Shown: in pieces, positions 35,160-47,805 of the stretch
Numbering within the stretch: position 1 is the stretch's first letter
How the letters are laid out: each line of letters begins with the position of its first letter
Assembly (NCBI GenBank): GCA_010093705.1
Contig: MU006093.1
Coordinates: 615,557-666,047, forward strand
Length of the DNA: 50,491 nucleotides
Origin: Patellaria atrata CBS 101060
Lineage: Eukaryota
Reading direction: 5' to 3'
Position numbers and translations under genes: made by a program
Notes under the pieces: generated by a model
The model's database searches: none
The model's input: the letters and a program-made list of their open reading frames with translations, nothing else
Told to the model about the DNA's origin: nothing

Positions 35160-37292
35160 CTACTTTCCCCTCCCACGCGCGCGGTGGCGTGGTTTCCTTG
35201 CCCTTCCACTACCACCGCCTCTCATGCTCGGCTGCAAAGGCGGAGGTGGTCCATTTGGCAACGGCGGCTGGTTCTGTCCGAAGCCGCCTTTGTCGTCTCG
35301 ATACCGGGAACCGTGCGGATAGCCTTGCAAAGGGGCGTAATACTCCGGAGAGGCGCAGGGGACGGGTACGTAGGAGTCGTAGCGGTTACCTGAAGATGGC
35401 GGGAGCTGGGACGTGATGCCTTTGATCTTGATGGAGCCGCGGGCGGGGCCAGGATTGACTGGGGTGTTTTGGGCGGCACGGCCTCTGATAGTGAGTCCGC
35501 CATCGTTGTTGTTACCGTTGGTCTTACTTTTGCTTCTGGGTTTCTTCTTCTTTTTATTGAGGTTTGGTGGGGGTGGGAGGGGTCGGAAGGGTTGAGTGGG
35601 CAATGGGGCTGGCACAAAACCCGGAACCACGTAGATGGAGGCTTCGGCGTTGGAGAATGTTGGTATATTGACGCGTTTTTCAAGATCGCGAAAGGGACAA
35701 TCATCGCCCCAGTGATTAGGAGCACTGCATTGATAGCAGTTCATGATCATGTTGTCGATTTTCCGGGTTGAGGAGGTGTCGGGCTTGTAGGTACGCCAGA
35801 GCCAAGAGCATTCTTCTTCCTTGTGCCCTTCTGTATTGCACATATCGCAAGAGACACCATCTGCATGGCTACGCATGAGACGGGATGGGCAATTGCTCTG
35901 CCGATGACCGCGCTCGCCACATTTGGGGCATTTAAGCCAGAGTGGACATGCGTGCGAGAAGTGGAGGTCTACGGATTTGCAATGTTCGCATATGACTTCC
36001 TTTGACGGACACGTCTCCTCCATATGTCCATTTTCAGAGCACACAAGACAACGGGCGAGGTCGTCAGCTTTGAATCGATTCCAATAGCGCCCCTGAAGGC
36101 GCCGTTCTTCTCTCGTGAGATCGCGTAGATACGATCGAGAGCCCTCGGGAAAGATTGGCATTGGTTGCAATTGTCCGTTCATGCTCGAATGATGGCGCAT
36201 GTCATCGTCCGATTCCTCTTTTCGCTTCTCCATCATAGCGATATCGTCTCTAGCGTCTTCCTCGTCGTTGAAGCTCTCCTCATAGTCTTCTATAACATTT
36301 ATGGAGGGTGATGGGGGATCACTTTCTGTTAGATCATTGGTGACGGATGTTAACGTCGCTTTTGGTTCGATCCCAATGGAGTAATCGTCGAGAGCTAACA
36401 CTCCTGATATAATTCGCTTAACAATCAAGGAGCGTCTTGTCATGTTCCACGTTGTGTCGAACAACTTCTTCAAGATATTGCTCCATTTTTCCCGGTCATA
36501 GGTACGCTCCATTTCCACTGTCTTCGAGGCAAAGATGGTATCATCTACCTTGAGCGGTGTAATCTCTAGCGTGTTGCGGGCTCTGACGCGAGACATTTTA
36601 TCAGAATAAATCAAAAGGTAAATGAGATCAACCTCTTTGTAGTCGAATGGCCGTCTCAACTGGTCCTGTCGTTCGAGTATGCCCCAGACATTGTCGCCAG
36701 CATTATGAGCTAAGTATTTCAATATCGTCGAGTGTAAACGAATCAGTTCTTTCTCTCCTCCCCCAACAAGTACTTGTGGAGGGGATACCCGAAATGATAG
36801 CGCTAAATGATGTTCCTCAACCATCTGTTTCAGGTTTGGGTGTTGCTTATCTGCTGATCGAATCTTCATAGCGAGGGATTTTTCGTGGGCAGTTATCATA
36901 TTCTTCATATCATCCGAAATCTTAACTCGTATTTTTTGAGAAGAATGCTTCTTTCCCTTAGTGGCTCTCTTGTCCTGGCCGTCCATTGTATCCGGCTGAT
37001 ATGTATGCTCTTCATCTACGTCGAACGCAATATAATCTTCCCCTGTGGTAAAGGACGACAGTTGTTCTTTCGAGGTGGCTTGATCCATCCTGACCTTGTG
37101 GAGTGTACTCGACTCCCCAGGTGGCGATTCATTCTCGATACCGTAGGACACACGTTGTCGCTTGGAGGGAGCTGAGTTGGAGAGTCCAAGAAGTGTTTGA
37201 GGATATTGTTCGTCTTCTGGAGGCTCTTCATTCCTAAAATGCTTGCGGCCTACCGTAGCGGTACGTGAATCTTCATTGTCGGATGTCGCCAT
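35160..37292 (-). CDS. Air1/Air2-like zinc-knuckle protein (TRAMP complex)
   Basis: Five CX2CX4HX4C-type knuckles with WRTY after knuckle 4 and an RYW motif before knuckle 1; RG-rich tail. Confidence 0.85.
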   Translation of the reverse strand: MATSDNEDSRTATVGRKHFRNEEPPEDEQYPQTLLGLSNSAPSKRQRVSYGIENESPPGESSTLHKVRMDQATSKEQLSSFTTGEDYIAFDVDEEHTYQPDTMDGQDKRATKGKKHSSQKIRVKISDDMKNMITAHEKSLAMKIRSADKQHPNLKQMVEEHHLALSFRVSPPQVLVGGGEKELIRLHSTILKYLAHNAGDNVWGILERQDQLRRPFDYKEVDLIYLLIYSDKMSRVRARNTLEITPLKVDDTIFASKTVEMERTYDREKWSNILKKLFDTTWNMTRRSLIVKRIISGVLALDDYSIGIEPKATLTSVTNDLTESDPPSPSINVIEDYEESFNDEEDARDDIAMMEKRKEESDDDMRHHSSMNGQLQPMPIFPEGSRSYLRDLTREERRLQGRYWNRFKADDLARCLVCSENGHMEETCPSKEVICEHCKSVDLHFSHACPLWLKCPKCGERGHRQSNCPSRLMRSHADGVSCDMCNTEGHKEEECSWLWRTYKPDTSSTRKIDNMIMNCYQCSAPNHWGDDCPFRDLEKRVNIPTFSNAEASIYVVPGFVPAPLPTQPFRPLPPPPNLNKKKKKPRSKSKTNGNNNDGGLTIRGRAAQNTPVNPGPARGSIKIKGITSQLPPSSGNRYDSYVPVPCASPEYYAPLQGYPHGSRYRDDKGGFGQNQPPLPNGPPPPLQPSMRGGGSGRARKPRHRARGRGK

Positions 37293-37566
37293 CTTTGAGG
37301 TTTGCTTGTTGAACGGCAGTTGTGCCAGAGGGAAACCTCAAATACTTATGACATTGGTATTGAGGTACGACCTCGAGAGGAAGGTGGCCGGGAACGTCCT
37401 TATGTTTGAGCAATGTTCGAGTTCGAGGTTCGATAATCATCAGAATCGTAGCACTTGAGCCAGCCGACGCATAAACCTCGGTAAAACTAAAGAAAGTTTT
37501 AAAGATTCTGAATACTGTTATATTTACTTTCTTCCGCGAAGGTATCGAGAACTGTTATATGGCAAA

Positions 37567-38871
37567 ATGGCCCGCGAGAAGAAATTGAAGGTTAAAGAGG
37601 CCGCAGATAAAGCAGCATCAAAGAAGAAGGAAGTAGTACAGGAAAACTCTAAAAAGCGCAAGAGAGATAAGGCTACAGAAGAGCTCGAGATCGACATAAA
37701 CCTGCCTGAACCGCCCTCTAAGAAAGCTCTGAGAAGGCTAAAGAAAGGCAAGAGTGTATCCTCACAAGTTCCATCCTCGCGAGACAACCAGAATTCCAGT
37801 AATGTCCCAAATGAAGGCCGCAAAACAGTGAAGGATGAGGTCCGGTCGGAGTATTCAGTATGGATTGGAAATTTACCCTGGACGATCACAAAATCCGATC
37901 TCAGATACTTTCTCTGCACAAATGCAAACGTCGACGAAAATCATATCACTCGAGTCTATATGCCTCCGCCGCCGTCCCACATCAAACCCGACCCAAACGC
38001 GATCATTAGAACTACGAACAAGGGTTTCGCATATGTGGATTTCAAAACTGCCGAGGATATGAATGCAGTAATTGGTGTGAGCGAAAAATTATTGGCTGGT
38101 AGGAAGGTACTCATCAAGAATGCGAAGAGTTATGAGGGACGACCCGAAAAGCCTTCTATAGAGCAGACAAATGGACAGAGTAAACCTGCCTCGAAGAGAG
38201 TGTTCGTGGGGAATCTTGGTTTTGATGTCACGAAAGAGAATCTTACAGATCATTATACTCCTTGCGGAGAAGTCGTAGATATTCACTTAGCTACATTTGA
38301 AGACTCGGGCAAATGTAAAGGCTTCGCTTGGGTCACATTCGACAGTGTCGAAGCTGGTAAAGCTGCTGTTAGGGGATGGACAAAAATACCCGTGGAGGAA
38401 AAAGATGAGGGGGAGGGTAGTGATGAGAACGATACAGAGACTGAAGAGGATGCTGATGATGCGATAGAAAAGAAGACGAAGAAGAAGAAGAAGAGTCGAA
38501 AATGGTTCGTGAACAAATTAAAGGGCCGTATGCTTCGGTGTGAGTTTGCCGAAGATGCCGCGACCCGATACAAAAAGCGGTTCGGAAAGGAAGCTCGCGC
38601 CAAGCTTGAAACTTCGGAGGGAGTCGGTGAAAATGGAGTCGGTGGCGAAGATGGAGAGGCTGATCCAGGCTTTTTAGCCGCCCCGAGCCAGTCAACCCAC
38701 CAGATGAAAAGAAGATCTGACAAGGCCACGAATGTGGAAAGATACCATGCAAATAGAGAGGCTCAAAAAGTGGATGCACGTACGATCAAGCCAGGTGCTG
38801 CTCTTGCGAATGCACATAGAGCATCCGGAGCGATCGTTACAGGAACGGGCAACAAGGTGACTTTCGATTAG
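37567..38871 (+). CDS. NOP13: Nucleolar two-RRM protein, Nop13-like
   Basis: LEIDINLPEPPSKKALR motif; RRM1 VWIGNL/KGFAYVDF; RRM2 VFVGNL/FEDSGKCKGFAWV; C-terminal KPGAALA...G.KVTFD. Confidence 0.85.
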   Translation: MAREKKLKVKEAADKAASKKKEVVQENSKKRKRDKATEELEIDINLPEPPSKKALRRLKKGKSVSSQVPSSRDNQNSSNVPNEGRKTVKDEVRSEYSVWIGNLPWTITKSDLRYFLCTNANVDENHITRVYMPPPPSHIKPDPNAIIRTTNKGFAYVDFKTAEDMNAVIGVSEKLLAGRKVLIKNAKSYEGRPEKPSIEQTNGQSKPASKRVFVGNLGFDVTKENLTDHYTPCGEVVDIHLATFEDSGKCKGFAWVTFDSVEAGKAAVRGWTKIPVEEKDEGEGSDENDTETEEDADDAIEKKTKKKKKSRKWFVNKLKGRMLRCEFAEDAATRYKKRFGKEARAKLETSEGVGENGVGGEDGEADPGFLAAPSQSTHQMKRRSDKATNVERYHANREAQKVDARTIKPGAALANAHRASGAIVTGTGNKVTFD

Positions 38872-39777
38872 AGTAACCCAGTCAAAATAATTCCGTATTG
38901 AGGAATCGTTCTTCAATCGATTTTTCGACTCATTTTCTTTCTGATATGATGATTTGCTGTTTACCTGTCGAATGTTCCTTGCTGAGTGAGTTACTTTTGT
39001 CGATATGCACCGAAACTGGCTGTTTCCGGTAGTGTCCCAAATGGGAAGTTAACGGCGACCTGTATCTGGAAAAGGTCGGGGAGAATCGTAGCTGATTCGT
39101 TCTCACGCACTTGACAACTGCGACTCTTATGCACTGCCCTACTGAGGTAGTGACTTACTGGGCAGTGGTTCATTAAGCGAATACCAGCCTCGCGCCTCGT
39201 TGCCTTGGGATCAAATTGGACCTAAGACCCATATACTAACCTGCCATCCCCCAACGCACCTCTTAGAACGTCATATTTCGAAAAACCGTATTTTTGTGAC
39301 TCTCCTCCGTCTAAGAATTCGTACTATCTCCAGTGGATTCTTCATCAATATCCTACCAATTTGAGAACCAATATCCGCTTAGATTGGCACGCAAGATTCG
39401 AGTGCATTTGAAGATAGAACTAGTAGAAGTAGATCTCTATCTTTCTAACAACTTGAGAGTCCGCAAGCAGTTACTTTTAAGGACAACCGCGGCCTTTTGT
39501 TGACTTGGAGGCGAAATTCGATCTTTGTTGATTTGTCTCAAAGGTGGAAGGTACGCCAGACCTACTCTATTCATACTGGTTCTACGCTTCGGTTACTGCT
39601 CCGCTGTCGCCTTGGGGGAATCCAAACTTCCATATCAAGGAGGACATCGATTCCAAGTGGAAAAGCTGCCGGACGAGGTCACTCCGTATACTCTACCTTC
39701 ACAGTTCAGCCTGAAAATCGCTCTAAAACTCGGTAAACTCAATTTGTTAGAAATACAAGCAGAATAGTACTTGAGTT

Positions 39778-42700
39778 ATGTCTTCAAGGGACATCACTCC
39801 GAAATACCGTGTCTGGAGACCGGCAGGGAAGTTGAAAGGTGTTGATGACCTTTGCTGGAACCCTCCTGTGGATTCGGATGAACTTTTTGAAATCCTAAGA
39901 GACTCATTTCCTGATATAAAGACGCATCAGCAAAGGAAACAGCAAGCTGTCATCCAATTCTTCCTCTCCGAGAACGAACAGAACTCTCAATCCCTGCTCA
40001 CCCGCGTCAATTCCAACGATTTGGAGTCTACTAACGCCAATTCGAACCTCAAGCGAAGTTCGGGTATCACCACTGATCGGCCTGCAAAATCATTATCTCC
40101 ACAACACGTCACTAGTACCAGCTCTTTTAGCAATTCGTCGGACTGTCCTTCATTGTCATCTAGGTCTTCTCCTGCCTCAGTCTCTCAACTATCAACAACA
40201 TCTTCGCCCCACGAGAGTGTAATATCCTCAAAAAGGTTATCTCCACCCTCGTTCGATGACATGATAACCGTTTGGAATAGCGGAAGTGTAACCAAGTCTA
40301 GGACAACACGTCATCCTCGGAAGCAAATGACCGATAAGCAAAGGGAAGCTTACCGAATGCGCAGGATCTTAGGAGCTTGTACTGATTGTAGGAGGAAGAA
40401 GTCTCAGGTAACATTACTCTATATATATATATATATTTAAAAGAAAAGCCCTTTGCTAACTATTAATAGTGCTTTCATGACCAGGCCTCATCTAATCATA
40501 GCATTCCGAAACAGAAGAAAACGAAGGAAAGCCTACACTCCAATCCAAGTGGCTTTTCAGTCATGAAACTAAATGGAAAAGACGATCTTCAAGTCTCTTC
40601 ACAAGACAATAGAATGAAGCAAATTGAAGGGAAGATATCCGGTCCCGAGATGTCTCCAACAGCGTACAACTCAAGTTCCGTTAGCGTACAGAAAAGTTCT
40701 GATGAAGATAAACCGAATCTCCCTTCGCAAAGCGCCCTCCAGTTTCCAGTTAATTTAGGAGCAGAACATTCCGACATTAACGGTACGAATATGAATGGAA
40801 ACTTGTCGGTAATAAGTCAACAGCCTAGCTCATTAGTATCGGCACTAGCAGTCAGCTTCAGAGAGGAGCAATACATGCCGGCCATCACGAACGAAATATT
40901 TACTTTTCCTCACACGGCCCAGCCACCTGTTTCTCCCCATAACAATTCAATGGGGCCTTATTTTCAAAGCGTGATGCAAAATGATCCCTTTGGAGAGCCG
41001 AGCGGATTCTCAGGTAACGATTTTGTCTACAGTTACACCCCCAAGATTAATGACTCTGGTCCACACTCAAACTTCCCTTCACAAGTCCAGAAATCCACGC
41101 CATATGGGAATTTCGATCAATTCAATCATGGAACAAGTCCCGATACCCGGAATTACATGACACAAGACCCCTTTTATGGAGTCTCGTTTGAGTCACCGGA
41201 TAAGGTACCAGCGGATTTCTTGATGCAGGTCGAAGATTCTTCTATTGACATAAACCTTAATTATGGTTTAGATATAGATCTAAATTTCCAAACCTCGTAC
41301 CCTCACACTGGAATGTGGGACATCCCCGATTCATTTAGTAATGGTCATTTGGATCGGAATTCATTCCAGGAAAATATCAATTGGGCTACTATACCGCACG
41401 CTCCTCGGCGAAGTGATTTTGAATATGAAATGCCAGTCAACTTGGATAGGTCCCCGCTGTCAGCAAGCTATCCAGCTAGCCTCAATCCCAGTAACACTGT
41501 CATGTGTGGTTCCCCCGATGAGGACAGCGGTGGTCATACTTCGACTGGTTTCGGCCAGTGTGCAAGGCTAAACCCACAAGTTTCTGCCCATGAGCCACGG
41601 GATATTTTTGATAGTTGCACTGACTATGGACCGGATTCTCCTGCGGTAGTGAAGGGCTGCGCATTCTGTGTCGACACGAGGACGACAAAGGAACAGTTTA
41701 AAATATGGGCCAAGGACAACCTCACGTGTTGGGACAATTTCCGACATGGCGGAACCCAGAACCCGTTGCTCCATTTTCAGCATGCGGATATTCAATGGCT
41801 TCCGTGGTTCGACGATGCCCCCTATTTGTGTCCTCCTCAACCCTACCTCTCTCCGAACAATGCTGTATTCTTCTCTGCAGATCAATCTCCTTCAACTTCG
41901 CCCCTTGGTTTCATCACGTTTATACTTTCCCTTTATCTTTATTGGTTATTTCCCTCTCGTGTGTGGAGTTGTTGCCAATGCTTTCGTGGACCTTATCGCA
42001 TCCTTTCTTCTACCGTGAGGAGACTGTGTCCGCCATATTTCCTCGGCATCGAGTTTTGTAATACTCTTGAAAGCATCTTCTTGATCTCAAAGATTACGAT
42101 CATCTCTTTAATTATTTTTATTGGACTGATCACTACCGACGGACCATCAGACCAAACGAGGAGAGATACCACATCGCAGACCAGAATAGCTCCGATGACC
42201 TTGGATCCCAATAAACTAGCCCTACCCCATGTCACTATCCAATTTCCTGTCTACAGAGAGGGTCTTAACTCTGTTATCGAACCTACCGTTAGGTCAATAA
42301 GAGCGGCTCTCTCCGCCTACGAGATGCAAGGTGGCACGGCGCTTATCTTCATTAGTGATGACGGTATACAGCTTCGCTCTGAAGGGGAACCTTGTTACTG
42401 GAAGGAAAATCTCATGTTCTTCTCTCCCTTCGCGGAATCAGATTTGATTAAATTCCTACGCCACAGATTCAAAATTCTGGATGAACCGTTTACGACTCAA
42501 AAAATCGCCTCTCAGAAACTAGTCAGTCAAACCGAATCGCCTTCGCCAACAGTCCCCTCTTTATCCGTTACCCTCTGTTGTCTTGGTTTTGTCGTTGGTA
42601 CGACTTTCATTCTCATGAGGGCGCTTCTGGTGCCTTTGGATCTTCTTTTCGTTGTGTGCAACGTTTGCCAACTTCATATCTATGGTCCCTGGGTTTCTAA

Positions 42701-42902
42701 AGTCCTATGGCTTTGCTTCAAAGCCTGGGAGAATCTAAGGTCTTTGCCCGCATTGTATAACTCGGCCTTTCTAGAAAGCGCGCATCTTTTGGTCGGTATT
42801 TCTGCCTTTGTAGTCTTCTCTGCAGCCTTTTCTAGAAAAATGATCCTGATCAACGGTATGTTATATCCCCTTGGCGCATTATCTTTACTGACGTGCTTGT
42901 AG
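39778..42902 (+). CDS. Putative Zn-finger (C-x2-C-x6-C-x-H) regulator with C-terminal hydrophobic segments and a GT2-like fragment
   Basis: RMRRILGACTDCRRKKSQ|CFH across intron 40408-40469, in frame with ORF 40563-42902; S/P/N-rich middle; several TM-like stretches; LPHVTIQFPVYREGL...FISDDG segment. Confidence 0.6.
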
Positions 42903-44421
42903 GACGAACTCGCAAATGTGGATCCGAACTGCTCCTGCTAGTTCTACATTTTTCGACGCAAACTGCGAAGACATTCTTCACCCAAGTGCCCAGCTTTCCA
43001 GGCACCAGGATCTTCGACTGGATACATAAGGGATTTACCCTCTTTTTCTGCTTAATACCTCATCTTAAATCTCGTCTTGATTTTCATCCCAAAGCTATAC
43101 CCTTCAGATCAAAATTTCTTTCGGCGTTGAGGGTAAACTTCCACTCTATTCATGATTTCTTACATTGTCTTTCTTCTCAGCTGCGTTGTTCATTTAATGT
43201 CTTGTTTCCAAAAGCTTTAAGGGTTAGTGCCTCATCTCCTTTCATGTTTCCATGACCTTTCCCCATTAATAATAACAGAACGTCGGAAAGATTTAGGAAT
43301 CCGCAAAGACATTTCATATTTAGAGGATCTCGGTTTTTTGGGGTACACTGGGCAAGGGCGCCGGGATAGGGGGTGGAAACCACTGCTTTTTGTTGTTTTC
43401 TTGGAGTTTTCTGATTGGCATTAGATAGTGCAATCCAAGGTCGTATACAGCCGAAATATGTTTATTGTATATTTATTGACCCCAGGAGAGATTGATGTGA
43501 CATCACTTATTGCACCGTGGACTTATATCTCAAGTGCAAGAGAAAAGACAAGAGATTTCGTGCTGGTGGGATCTATAACATCAAGGGAGTGGTGATGCAA
43601 ATCTCGTTAGTGATGCGGAAGAGATTGAACTGCAGTGATTTTCAAATTTCCAGGTATGCGAGGGATACGGAACTATGTGAAATGGCCTTGGATGGATGAT
43701 GAGCATAAACATTGACACCTCCATTCATGGTTTCCTCTCAAGTCCTGTCACACAGCGGGTTTTCGCTTCGATCTGTTTCAGTCCAGCGTAGGCAATTTGG
43801 AAAGAGACATGAAAATGTAGGATGAGATATTAATAAGTCTCTCACCAGATTATTTTTCCTCTATTCCTTTAAGATTCCTTTATCTCAGTGGGAATCATGT
43901 TTACTCGAGTACATTTAATACATAGGCCCAAGCAATTCTTCTTTTATGCGGATTTGTTAGAACTAGAATTCTAAATAGTTGTTACTGATCAAATTCAATG
44001 TCCAACGAATTATTAATATGAGGGTTTCGATGAGTTGAAATCTACTTCACTGCTCGTAAAGATCTTGATCACCGCTTTTGGTGGTGGTTAAAAACTTGAT
44101 TCTGTTTTAAACTATTTTTCACCCCTAATTTTCGCCCCTATAAAAACATTGCCTATCCACATCACTCCCAAAATTTCTTAAGATAAAATCAACTTCATTC
44201 TAGCTATCGAACCCGCAATTACACTATATCTACCCTCAAACATGGAAGAAACTTGAATCACAATTCCAGTATGTCCGTCTTTTGCACATCTAGCTCTTTA
44301 CATTTACTAGAACCCATGATAACTCGATGGCGGACGACCCAAGATAGACATAGGACTCAGCTGTTCCTAGGATCATCTCGTTTCCTTATACCTTGAAACC
44401 GTGTGCTAAACAAAACTACAG

Positions 44422-45171
44422 GCGGAAACGATCGAGTCGAATTCGCTCAAATTTCCGGAGGAGATCCTCAACGAGATATACTCCTATCTTTACCCGGTGC
44501 GAGATCACTTGTGTATAGTCACAGACCGCGGTTGAGGACCCATAGTGCACTATACCGGGGTAAAGTACAAAAGCGACAATGACATCATGAGACTATTTCC
44601 GTCGTATTACTACCAATACATACATGAAAGGATGTCCTGCCATTTCCCCGACATCCTTACCGTGAGTAAGGCAGTGTATCGGAGAGTGGTGTATTCATTA
44701 TACGGGGCCAATACCATAACGTTCATCGACCCCCGGGATTTGGCCTGCTACTTCAAAATGCTTCCTCGTAGGAGAAATGTGCTGCGTTCTGTGAGGATCG
44801 AGGCGATGTATGATATTGGGAGGTATATGGATGGTCTGAGGGCTTGTGCAAATTTGAAACGTGTCGAGCTCTGTTCTAGGTCGATAGATGTGCTTGCGGA
44901 ACAGATGATCATGTATTATAGGTACATGCATCCTGAGTTGCAGGTTAAGGGGCTTGTACAAGAGGTTTGCGATCTTGAGCAGAGACTAGGGAAAGAGCAG
45001 AGGAGTGATGGCGGAGGGTGCGAGATAAGGTTTGAAGAAGAAGTTGCGGGGATTGTCGAAGAGAGTGTGTTCTATTGTCCGCCGACCACTCGACCGATGT
45101 CTCGAGAGGAAAAGGACACTTTCTACGAAAAATTGGCGGAAGGACGACTTATGTTTGAGGTCCCTCGCTAA
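44422..45171 (+). pseudogene. F-box-like hypothetical gene with an in-frame TGA
   Basis: After an acceptor AG reads LKFPEEILNEIYSYL (F-box-like), then TGA 44533-44535, continuing in frame into ORF 44545-45171 (ILTVSKAVYR...LYGANT). Confidence 0.5.
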
Positions 45172-46340
45172 CCTCATGTCTACATTCCTCGCACAGTTAC
45201 ATTGGGTTGATTGTGGAGATGTACATAGGGTTGCCGTCTTGAAAGTAATGAACTGAAAACTAGGATGAGAGAAGTCTGGGATGTATAAGAATATAAACGG
45301 CCAAACCTGTATTACTAGTACTTCTTAAACTATTAAACCTGTCCTTGCGCTCTACATTTGAACCCAATCCCCCTTTTAGGGAATGTCTCACCTACTGTCT
45401 GCTACTCCACTGAGCTGCTCCTGACTCTGACGTACGGAAAGGGACAAACCTACGGGGACTCCCTACTTATACGAGCAAGCCATCCATATTAAGATAGGTG
45501 CTATGCGCTCATTCTTCCAGAGTGCCTAACTATGCAGTACTAAATGAGATCGGAGAGCGTACATAAATACTTCTGACCGTGCGCAAGTCCTCACCATAGT
45601 AGAACTCTTTCGGTCCTCGTGGCGTAAAGGACTCGCCAGTAACACTTTGAGGAGCGTAAAAAGGCCGATGAATGCCAGCCTCGTAGGGGAGGGGGTCCTT
45701 CTACTTGTCAGGCCGTTCCTGGCTTACTGTTAAGTAACATATAGTAAACGATTTCGGTGAACTCGTTGAATTGTACGGCATGGTTATGAACTTGACCGTT
45801 CCGGCCACGCGTAGATCACTAATATAGAGATAGAGTAACAGAAATATAGACTATGAAAGAAAGGTATATTTGTCTCGTTAATAGCCCAAAGTGATATAAC
45901 AAATGAGCCATATGATGGAGAAGGGAGCGTACAAGAGTCCTAGTGAAATTGAAGGGGATGGTTTACTTTAAAGATCCTCTAGGAATGTTGGATTATTCTA
46001 GCGGAAGTTTTGTGATCTTATTGAATAAACAATTCTAATTATCATTATCGTAAACTGATCCTCTGAGGTGCTGAATTTTGAATCTCTGCACGTGGAGATG
46101 GGATGAAGTCGGTTGGAGCCAAGTCAAACAAGTCGTCTCCGCGTCATCGAAGAGACGGTCCTTGCTCAAACAAGACATCAACTGCTTCAGATCTCTTCTA
46201 GGTCCTATGCGCCATGCTTTTGCGAGCATCGGCATTTCAAATACCTGATGGAGCAGTTCACAATGTATATAATCGCAAGATGCTCTAATCTTCCAATTCC
46301 TCCTCGTTCACGGTAAAGTAGATTTACGACTAAACGAATA

Positions 46341-47143
46341 ATGGCCCCTTTGAAAACCCTAATAACAGTGGCGCTGGTGTCTGCTATCACAAGTATCGCG
46401 AACGCGCAAACACCCAATGGCTATGTTCCTGCTGTGCAGGCAAGCCTAAACGTCGCATATGGCTCTAATAGTGTAGAGCCGGCTGGAGAGCTCATACCGC
46501 GTCCAGGTCACCAATTCTCCCCAACTCCTTCAATTGAACGCTCAATTGACGTATTACTGCAGAAACCGCATCTCCCCCAAGTATCACAACTCCGATCTTT
46601 CGCTCTACAGATCCTGGCATCATCTTCATGATCGACCTGGACGTCCCCCGTAACGGCAACCGCGTCACCCTCCTCCATTGGTTCGTCCCAGACGTAACCT
46701 TTTCGCCCACAGGGGAACTCTCCATACCCGTCCCAGACGGCGATAGCGTAGCAGGCGCACCGTACTTACAACCCTCTCCCCCCGTAGGCGACCTCCCACA
46801 CCGCTACACTTTCCTACTATTCGCGCAGCCGGAGAACTTCTCGATCCCAGACGATTTGCCGATCAATCCCCCGACAAGCGTACAAGACCGTATTGGCTTT
46901 GATATTGAGGCGTTTATTGAGGAGTTTGGCTTGAAGGCGCCGCTGGCGGCGAACTTCATTCAAGTCCAGAATACATCGGGGACAGCGACAATGACATTTC
47001 CTGGGCCGAGTCCTTCGGCCACGGAGAGTGAAGCGGAACCTACTGTTTCAATGTTTGACGGGGGCGCATCCAAGGGAAGAGACGGAATGAGCGCAGGAGT
47101 TATGGCTGGGTTGTTAGCTGGTATCTTTGGAGTGCTGTTGTAG
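46341..47143 (+). CDS. Secreted, probably GPI-anchored PEBP (phosphatidylethanolamine-binding) family protein
   Basis: Signal peptide; intron 46507-46562; MIDLDVP, LLHW, YLQPSPP and HRYTFLLF motifs; hydrophobic C-terminus. Confidence 0.92.
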
Positions 47144-47805
47144 GTCATGAAGATACTCCTTTCTTTAGTTGGGAACACGCGGATTGGTGTAAGTTGGAAG
47201 GTATTATGCTCTCTTGAAAGTTACGTAGATCCACAGAGTCCAGAACATAATTTGTCGCATTTTCCGCAAACGCTACCATTCATTCTCAGTCTATCTAAGC
47301 CGCGGTTCACGCCGTGCTGATATCTTATCTTCTCTCAACCCTCTTCTGCTACCTCACTTAGGAGAAACATCCTCTTACATACTTCTAGTCATACTACAGT
47401 TTCAAGTTCTTTTACTCTCTGTCTCCTTTCTCATGATACAATTTGCAAGGCTTTCCCTATACTTCCTTAAATATAAGGGACACTGTGCTCTATAAAATTG
47501 ATGGAAGAAAACTGCCCGAGATCGTATCGTGAACGGGGCAATGACAAGCTCTGCCGGGCAGTTGGAAGGCTCGGAGACCTATAACAAAAGAGTGCATGAG
47601 CGCGCCGATCTCAACTGAGACAGACTGAAGTAAATCCAGTAGTATCGCCAAGAGCTGAATCTGCAAGAGGTTATGCACTGCACACCCAACTGCCTATTGA
47701 ATCAAGTATGGAAACAACATCCACACCTAGGTAGCTTCGGTGTGCTTGCGCATTTGACAGTTTCATACTTTTCAAAAAACATAGGGCGTACGTTATGATT
47801 ATACG

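Noticed and set aside
39525..39767. Upstream coding exon of the Zn-finger gene
   Set aside because: No in-frame ATG; more consistent with 5' UTR and intron sequence
45360..45800. Possible TE relic
   Set aside because: No termini, TSD, second copy or coding motif identifiable
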